Positions 56,175-64,000 of a stretch of 64,000 bases of DNA are shown here, one piece after another. Source of the stretch: Eledone cirrhosa (lineage: Eukaryota); assembly GCA_964016885.1 (NCBI GenBank), contig OZ024754.1, positions 13,268,001-13,332,000 on the forward strand, in the 5' to 3' direction. Position numbers and translations under genes: made by a program. Numbering within the stretch: the first letter of the stretch is position 1; each line of letters begins with the position of its first letter. The notes below the pieces were generated by a model, which saw only the letters and a program-made list of their open reading frames with translations, was not told the DNA's origin and searched no databases.

Positions 56175-56899
56175 AAAACAAATAACGAAACGAAATTAAA
56201 TTTCGTTTCGTTTGTAACTCACTTTTGTATGACTGACGCTTAAACAATTAAGTTAAAAATGTACATCCACATATGTATACTGAAATACTAGTATGCATAT
56301 GAATACACACACGTATACATATGTAGATGTACCGAGTTTTTCACTGGTCACTTTACTGTGAGTGTCCAGCTATTCTGTATGTAAACACACAGACAAACCG
56401 GTTTTTAGAGTCATACTGGTTTTTGAGGAAACACCTTTCCTCTATTCTCCAGAAAGCCAGACAAGGAATATTGAACTAGTTTCGATGTTGTTACATCTCA
56501 TCAGCAATATTTACCTATCTTCCGGCCTTTCTAGAGAATCGTAAAAGCACATATCGTTATATGCTTTTTCTATGAAAATTAGTAGTGGGCAGACTAATTT
56601 GCATAGAGCGTGAGTACGTACCGGTTCAACGGAGACGATAAAAACAAATAACGAAACGAAATTAAATTTCGTTTCGTTTGTAACTCACTTTTGTATGACT
56701 GACGCTTAAACAATTAAGTTAAAAATGTACATCCACATATGTATACTGAAATACTAGTATGCATATGAATACACACACGTATACATATGTAGATGTACCG
56801 AGTTTTTCACTGGTCACTTTACATATGTATACGTGTGTGTATTCATATGCATACTAGTATTTCAGTATACATATGTGGATGTACATTTTTAACTTAATT

Positions 56900-56904
<5 letters not shown>
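56175..56904. repeat. About 182-bp perfect direct repeat (56175-56356, 56641-56822) plus 84-bp inverted copy (56821-56904)
   Basis: Direct comparison; contains hairpin AACGAAACGAAATT a AATTTCGTTTCGTT. Confidence 0.9.
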
Positions 56905-56983
<79 letters not shown>

Positions 56984-58055
56984 CGAAGGAAGTGTGGTAA
57001 GGAACCAGGTGGACCATAACGCACCAGAGTACTCAATACGTAGGGTAGTAGAGTGGGTAATAGGAAAATGTTCAAAACCCCGATGGCAGAACTCAAACCG
57101 TTTCGACGGCTATTTCTGGACTAAAGATATTCTTTATATATTCCATTTAATTTTGTTTCTATTTATTTTTATTTCTATTTCTCCCATCCTTTCATGTTAT
57201 TCTCGCTAACTCCCCCTCGCTCCCTCTCCGAGTTCCTCCTCCCACTCTCACCAACCGTGAAGTTGATAACACCATGTAACATTAACTCCTGTGTTTGTTT
57301 GTTTATTTTTGTTATTTCGAACTATATATATATATCCCTACCTAATCCTTTTTTTAAATAAATTAAATATCACCCAGCAAGAATTGCTTCCCCCTGCATA
57401 TTAACTCTCTAAAAAGGGAAATCATATCAAACCTCAGTTCACCATTTGCCTCCATCACTGAATCATGGATCAACTAAGCACTCTTGCTATATTAACACAT
57501 TTTGATCTGCTTAACTTCAATGACTGTGCTTGTAAATAACATTATATTTTTTTCCACATTGACTTTTTACGTTCCACATTATGCACGTTTTTTTCCTTTT
57601 TCTTTTTTCTTTTCACTTCTTAAACCTTGTTCGTAAATAACATTATTCTTTCTGCACCTTCTGTTTAAGATGTGCGACACCACACTAATACATATCACTA
57701 TCATTTGATAATGCATAAAAATGCTGAAACCGGTAATAGACAATAATTAAATAGATAAATAGATAAATAAATGCCATTGTTAAATAATAAATAAATCAAC
57801 TAATACCTTAACACTTCACACAAAGTAAAACATTTCGTTTTAATCATTTTCTAACCCAGAAAAAAGAGAGAGAGAAACAGAAAAAGAAAAAAAATATTTT
57901 TCTTCCTAATAATCGTCTCTTTCTCCCTGTATTCATATATATATATATATATATATATTTATTTATTTATTCAAATAACAGATTAAAGTTTAAGCAAAGA
58001 ATCGCGGCTTTCACCCTCTTTGGATTTTAGTCTTCAAATTTATTATTATTACTAT

Positions 58056-58119
<64 letters not shown>

Positions 58120-58144
58120 TATATATATTATAATGTATATATAT

Positions 58145-58605
58145 TTAGCCCCCCCCCCCCGGTGTTTGCATAGCTACGGCTTCCTAAAACCGTATTTCTT
58201 TGGAGATACGAAATTTCTATACATATTGTATAAAGCTATGCTTGAAGCGATATCTTATTTCTTTTCTATATAAGTTGAGCTAACTTATGCAGCTTCATAT
58301 GCAATAGAGATTAATCACCTCATTTACACAGACTTGAAAACTATATATTCTCGGCTGTCTTCTAGTCCAGCAGTCGCAAGCGGTGGGAGGGACCGTCCTG
58401 ACGAAGGCCAGTTAAGCCTGAAATGCATAGACAGTTGACCCCCTTACTACTGCTGGACATCACCAGAGGGTGTTAGCCCCCCGGTGTTTGCATAGCTACG
58501 GGTTCCTAAAACCGTATTTCTTTGGAGATACGAAAATTTCTTTGGAGATACGAAATTTGTATACATATTGTATAAAACTATGCTTGAAGCGAAATCTTAT
58601 TTCTG

Positions 58606-58607
<2 letters not shown>
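58145..58607 (+). mobile_element. Partial tandem (period about 322 bp) with one hammerhead at 58395-58432; retrozyme-like or tandem PLE terminal repeat
   Basis: 58145-58266 repeats at 58473-58607; GTC CTGACGA AGGC cagttaa GCCT GAAA tgca TA GAC. Confidence 0.75.
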
Positions 58608-58664
<57 letters not shown>

Positions 58665-58764
58665 ACGAAGAAAGTGTGGTAAGGAACCAGGTGGACTATA
58701 ACGCACCAGAGTACTCGATACTGAGGGCATTTATATAATATATAAAATTATAATTTAATGTAAG

Positions 58765-58796
<32 letters not shown>

Positions 58797-59306
58797 TTTT
58801 CTTTATTAACCACAAGGGTTTACATAAAGTAGACATTAAGGACAGTACAGGACAATACAGGACGGTACAAATGGGCATTTCTGCGTGTAAAAAACAGAGG
58901 ATGTAATAAAATAACAAAGAAAAATTCCCCAATAGGGGGGAGACTTCCGAGGGACATTTGTGGAGAAAGCCCATTAAAAGGCCACAGTGACCCTGACCAC
59001 CAGGGCAAGTGCCCTCTCCCAGTTTTCCAACTTTAATTTACAGACACATACTCAGAGTAATTTACAGACACATACCCATTCACTCGGGCCATTCTTGCTT
59101 CTCTCACCTATCTTTCAACAAAATGCTGGGAAGAGAGCACTTCCCTCTCTACCCTGATTTTCCTTTTCAAATGAAATTTGAAAAAGTTAATCAGGGCATC
59201 ACCGAAGAGGTAAGTGCTCGTCTTCAGCCCTTTCAAACGTGTCCACCATACTATCTCTTTCGCCATGGCCACCAGACAGATAAAAACTGCCTGCCCTTCC
59301 CGGCTC
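58797..59306 (-). mobile_element. Tx1/L1-clade LINE 3' fragment in (AAT)n
   Basis: LVAMAKEIVWWTRLKG..FFKFHLKRKIRVERE; 3' UTR ends TGTGGTTAATAAA. Confidence 0.75.
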
Positions 59307-59362
59307 ATAATAATAAGGAGTGTGATTATAGTTTAATGTAAGGAATGTTAATAATGATAATA

Positions 59363-59546
59363 ATTGTTTCTACTTTTGGCACAAGGCCAGCAATTATACC
59401 AGTGAATTACTGGTACTTTATTTTATCGAGCCCGTAAGGATGAAAGGCAAAGTTAACCTCGGCGGGATTTGAACTCAGAATGGTAGGGCCCGTAACTCTA
59501 TGCGTCAAAGCATGGCGTCCAACCCTCTACCGATACTGCGAATCAA
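59363..59546 (-). mobile_element. Full-length Meta-like SINE; older copies at about 47480-47570, 60350-60500 and 60650-60925
   Basis: Matches 23021-23203. Confidence 0.85.
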
Positions 59547-59713
59547 TGTCCGTTTACAATTGTTTCGCTACTTCATATAATAATGTTTCTGGATCGATTG
59601 ATTATAGATCATTATTGATCTGGTTCAGATGAAGATAAGTAACTTAGGGGAAAAAATCTCTCTTCTCCTCGCCTATATCCATCTCTCCCTTTAAGATTGG
59701 TTTACTCTTGAAC

Positions 59714-59767
<54 letters not shown>

Positions 59768-60063
59768 AACGAGTAGGACCCCGACGGCTGAGCTCAAGCC
59801 GTTTCGACGGCTAATTCTGGTCCAGAATTAGCCGTCGAAACGGCTTGAGCTCAGCCGTCGGGGTCCTACTCGTTCCTAATACCCACTCTACTACCCTAAG
59901 TATTGAGTACTTTGGTTCGTTATGGTCCACCTGGTTCCTTACCACATTTCCTTCGTTATATATATATATATACAGGGTTTTGTTAATGGCTCTTATAGCT
60001 TCAGTTGATACTCCAACATCGCATTTGTATAACTTAAAAGCTATGAGATATCCTACGGAAAAT

Positions 60064-60142
<79 letters not shown>

Positions 60143-60942
60143 TCTCTCTCTCTCCCTCTCTCTCTCTGTTTCTCTACTTTCAAAGGATATAGTAATCTAG
60201 TAATCGTTTAGAAAAATCATTTAAAATATTTGCCTCCAATGAATATAAATATTTCTTTCTAAATTTATCATATCTGTGCAGGACATGTTCTGACACGGTC
60301 AATAATCAATTGTAATAATAACGATTTCTTACATTGATATAAAGCAATAAATACAATTGACCTAAGTATAGTGATGGTACTTATTTTATTGATCAGGGTA
60401 GGAAGATGAAAGGGATATCGATTGCGGTAGAATTTTGAGGTCAAAAGCTGGAGAGGCGGAACTAAATATTGTTCAAAATGTTTAGCCCAACATTCGGCAT
60501 TCATATTAAAGATTATATTAATAAGATGGCGTTCAGAAACAATAGTAATAGAATTGAGAGGAACTAAAGGATGTCTAAAATAGGGATAGTCACTATAATT
60601 GATAGGTTATTGCTGGACTGTATCAGTATTAATCAGATTGGAAAATATTGATTTCTGATTTAATCCCAAGACTATCAAATTCGGAGGAAGAGCAAAGTTG
60701 ATTAATTCCCTCAAAATGTTTGACTAATCCTCTATTTTATCGACCCCGGAAGGGTAAAATGTAAAGTTGATCTCCGCAGGATTTGAATTCAGAATATAAA
60801 GAGCCAGAACAAATATCGTAATGGAATTTTATCCGACGTCCTACCATTCCTGTCGAACCCCCACTTTCAAGAAATATGCAGTCAACTTTGCCATTTGACC
60901 TTCTGAGGTCAATAAAATAAAGAACCCGTGAGTCACTCTATA

Positions 60943-61236
60943 TCTAAAGTTTGTCTGGAGCCCCGGAGGCTCATTCGACCGATGTTTGTCCCGGTTTTCG
61001 TGGGGTTAAGTGACTGAGAGTGCAAGACTCACCCCTCCCTGGAGAGGACGCCAGTCCATCGCAGCGTTAACGCCCCAGCTATTACTAGTACTTATTTTCA
61101 GCTTAGTATACAGGAACAACGTGAAATGAAGTGTTTTGCTCAAGAGCACAACACACAACATAGTCCAGGAATCGAACCCACGACATTATGATCACCATGG
61201 ATCCAATACTCTTACTACTAGGCCACGTACCTCCAC
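60943..61236 (-). mobile_element. tRNA SINE, V-domain-like family 1
   Basis: Homologous to 27141-27430. Confidence 0.85.
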
Positions 61237-62777
61237 TGGGTTCGATTTCCTCGAATTTCTTCCCCCTCAAAATTGCTGGCCATGTGTCTATGTTAGAAGC
61301 AATGGATAATATATAGTTTTCATTATTGGTGAAATCTAACATCAAAACGTAATAAAGACCTTGCATATAACACTCAGTTAAACAGATGAAAAGTATTGTT
61401 TTATCTAAGAAACTATAATAGTTCTGGAAATTAGGCATTGATAAATAGTATTTGCATATTTTTTTCTTTTGGTTATGTGAATTAAGTAGCAACGTTAGGA
61501 CGTATAATTCTGTTATACGAATTATTTTTTTCCACCAATTCCTATAATCTCACATTTTCTGTTAATTGGTATTCTAATTTGATGTGTGCCACAGAGACCA
61601 TATTTTTGTCTTATTTATTTTTGTAGTTTTTATGTCTTTTATTTATTCCAGTTTGTTATTTTGTCTCTCGGAAGTGGATATCTTTCTTCGCTTTTCCTTT
61701 TCGTTTTTATTTTCTTTGTTTTTTTTTTGTTTTGTTTTTTTGTTGTTGTTTTTTTTTGTTGTTTTTTGCTTTGAAACTTCCTGAAAAGGAAGCAGACGAC
61801 ATTGTAAGGAGATATATTGTTCTATAGCCATCTTGATTTATACTAACGTTCCACAACAAAGGGAGATAAGGGGTGAGCCTGTACGTGTCTCATTCCAATA
61901 AAAATAGTCTAATATTAGGGTATATGATCCCCCATAATGGAAACAAACAGACATTAACATGCGTGGGGATCGAACCCACACCTTTTGTATTCGAAAGTAC
62001 TTCTCTAACGTATTCTGAAATTCCGACAAATGATTAGCAAAAGCATGGAAAATGAAGACAAATTTTCTTTCTCAGTTCGGCGCTGACAATGTGAGTCAAG
62101 TAATTGTATTAATTCTGCAATAAATGTAGATAAACTGGTTTTCACCATCCCTCCTGTACAATAATACAAGCTAATAAACAAGCGAATCCTGCCATGCAAC
62201 AGCACCTCTATGTTCCATGCACCTCCCCCTATAAATTAATTTATCTGCTGAAAACATTAAATTATCACCAATGAACATTGCCACCGTTCGCCAGAATATT
62301 TCGCTTGCTTACAACCAACACAACCAACATATACAAGAATTTTGATGCCCCCAAACGCCAGTTTTACAAATATACATCCATGTCTAACAAATTAAACCTA
62401 TCCATCTTTTATTTATTTGTATTTCTTTTTATAATGTTCTAATCCTCCAAACAGCCGCTTATCTTTACCTAGCCCATCAACCAGTCCACTCATATATCTA
62501 TATCCACTATCTACCAAATCTCAGCTTTCAAATAAAGCATATAAGAATGAAAGCAACGTCCATCCGATAAATAAATTACTCTGACCTCTCATACATCCGA
62601 ACTAAATAAATATAATTCCATTACAAAAGATCCCAAAATCCGAAGATTCCCAACCGAGCAATAAATCTGTTTAGTCCATTTTAGAGATTAAAATTTCCAA
62701 TAACTACAATCCATTTGTTACTTCACAAATGTGTTTGGTTCTTTCTCTAGTTTTTTTTAAATAATCACGTATAGTAT

Positions 62778-62846
<69 letters not shown>

Positions 62847-63413
62847 TGTATATAAAAACCGCGATAATATTGCTTTATGCTGAACTACATATCTTTTGTT
62901 GACTTTTTTTTCGGAATGTTTTGACTGCTGTTTCTTATAAACAGACATTCGTCTCATTCTGACGTCACTAGCCCCGTCTCCATGTGTGTAATTCAATTCC
63001 ACACGAGGTTTGACTAGCCTGCTTTTAAATTCCCCTCTGGCATATTTTAGCTGTGGGTCTTAGTTAACGTGTTGTGCAGTTAACGTGTTGAGCACTACTG
63101 ACGAACGACTCCAACCGTGACTAACCCCACTGAAAAGTTTCGTGAAATACGTTTTTAAGACTATATAGTGTAGATTTTTCCAAATTGACGGATAAGTATT
63201 TACTCCTAATTTTATTTTGAGTTAAGATTCTATTGGTTTTTTCCCCGAATTACACAAAATCTGTGGATAAAATTTCTGGTCATGACTTCTTTTGAATTGG
63301 GATTAAATTATTTTCCCATATCTTACGTTAAATATTTTTCATCTTGACGTAATAGTCACTTATATGTCTGAATTACTGTTGGCTCCTTGCTTACATTAAT
63401 TTCTCTATTTTCA

Positions 63414-63507
63414 AGGTTAACTTTGCCTTTCATCCTTACGGGGTCGATAAAATAAAGTACCAGTAATGCACTGGTTACTTGCTGGCCTTGTGCCTAACGT
63501 AGAAACA
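63414..63507 (+). mobile_element. 5'-truncated Meta-like SINE with 19-bp TSD
   Basis: TSD ATTAATTTCTCTATTTTCA at 63395-63413 and 63508-63526; absent from the paralog at 50453-50713. Confidence 0.9.
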
Positions 63508-63560
63508 ATTAATTTCTCTATTTTCATTTATATATACTGTATATATATATATATATATAT

Positions 63561-63956
63561 ATAATGAAATAACAAGGGCGATTGGTTACTCCTTCATTAC
63601 TTTTATTGGTTGGTGACGCGCGTTTCGCCACTGATTAGCACATGGTTCGATCTGTATCGATCTGACCCGACTCTGTAATCCGCGGCGGGTCAAATCCCTT
63701 GTAATGTAATGTTAACATTACATGTTGTCTGACGAGCCGCGGATTACAGAGTCGGATCAGATCGATACAGATCGAACCATGAGCTAATCAGGGGCGAAAC
63801 GTGCATCACCAACCAATAAAAGTAATGAAGGAGTAACCAATCGTCCTTGTTATTTCATTATAATACACTCTGTCTAGCTCTATACCTCGACACTGAAGTG
63901 AACCTTAACATCGAGTGCTCACCCGGGTGAACCTACAGTAACTCCAAGTTACACTG

Positions 63957-63960
<4 letters not shown>
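63561..63960 (+). mobile_element. PLE family I fold-back with hammerhead (63724-63813)
   Basis: Arms 63561-63686 / 63736-63861, 99-nt tail; GTTGT CTGACGA GCC [about 55 nt] GGC GAAAC gtgc ATC ACCAAC (left arm gives GAAACGCGCGTC), then AATAAA. Confidence 0.85.

Positions 63961-64000
<40 letters not shown>

Noticed and set aside
57688-57739. Further hammerheads (also 29328-29410, 51870-51905, 63093-63144)
   Set aside because: GAAA halves or stems are present but the core or stems are broken; treated as decayed or chance matches.
62100-62750. Possible ancient LINE 3' fragment or host exon (also 44500-45200)
   Set aside because: No diagnostic motif or splice-consistent frame recoverable by eye.

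Overview
Eukaryotic, very AT-rich, repeat-saturated DNA with no recognisable host gene. The microsatellite load and SINE types fit a coleoid cephalopod (Octopus-like) genome; that is an inference. Nearly all long ORFs in the track are translations of microsatellites. The real coding remnants are all retroelement-derived: (1) R4/Dong-type RT+RLE LINEs stacked in (TACA)n (9.5-14.0 kb, 46.7-47.2 kb); (2) Penelope-like element (PLE) RT/GIY-YIG remnants (7.9-8.2, 29.7-31.2, 36.2-37.0, 49.9-50.1 kb); (3) RTE, Tx1/L1 and CR1/L2 fragments; (4) tRNA-derived SINEs. The dominant unexplained structure is a population of 20 or more short (TA)n-embedded PLE terminal-repeat insertions. They form asymmetric fold-backs (short arm plus long arm with a 3' tail) and carry at least 11 distinct hammerhead ribozyme (HHR) sequences read by eye. 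Best candidate for something new: three divergent repeats (8.65, 18.58, 38.94 kb) contain the hammerhead catalytic strands in a scrambled, non-circularly permuted order (NUH strand, GAAA strand, CUGAUGA strand), with compensatory changes in stems I and III and an invariant 27-nt spacing. Other candidates are a GAGTRCT-plus-hairpin motif shared by unrelated PLE tails, short arms that stop at an internal TA, two-family chimeric insertions, and an RTE-derived 107/108-bp satellite with a SINE-marked higher-order repeat. All structures were derived by manual pairing and need computational and biochemical confirmation. Family letters A-K are my own labels.
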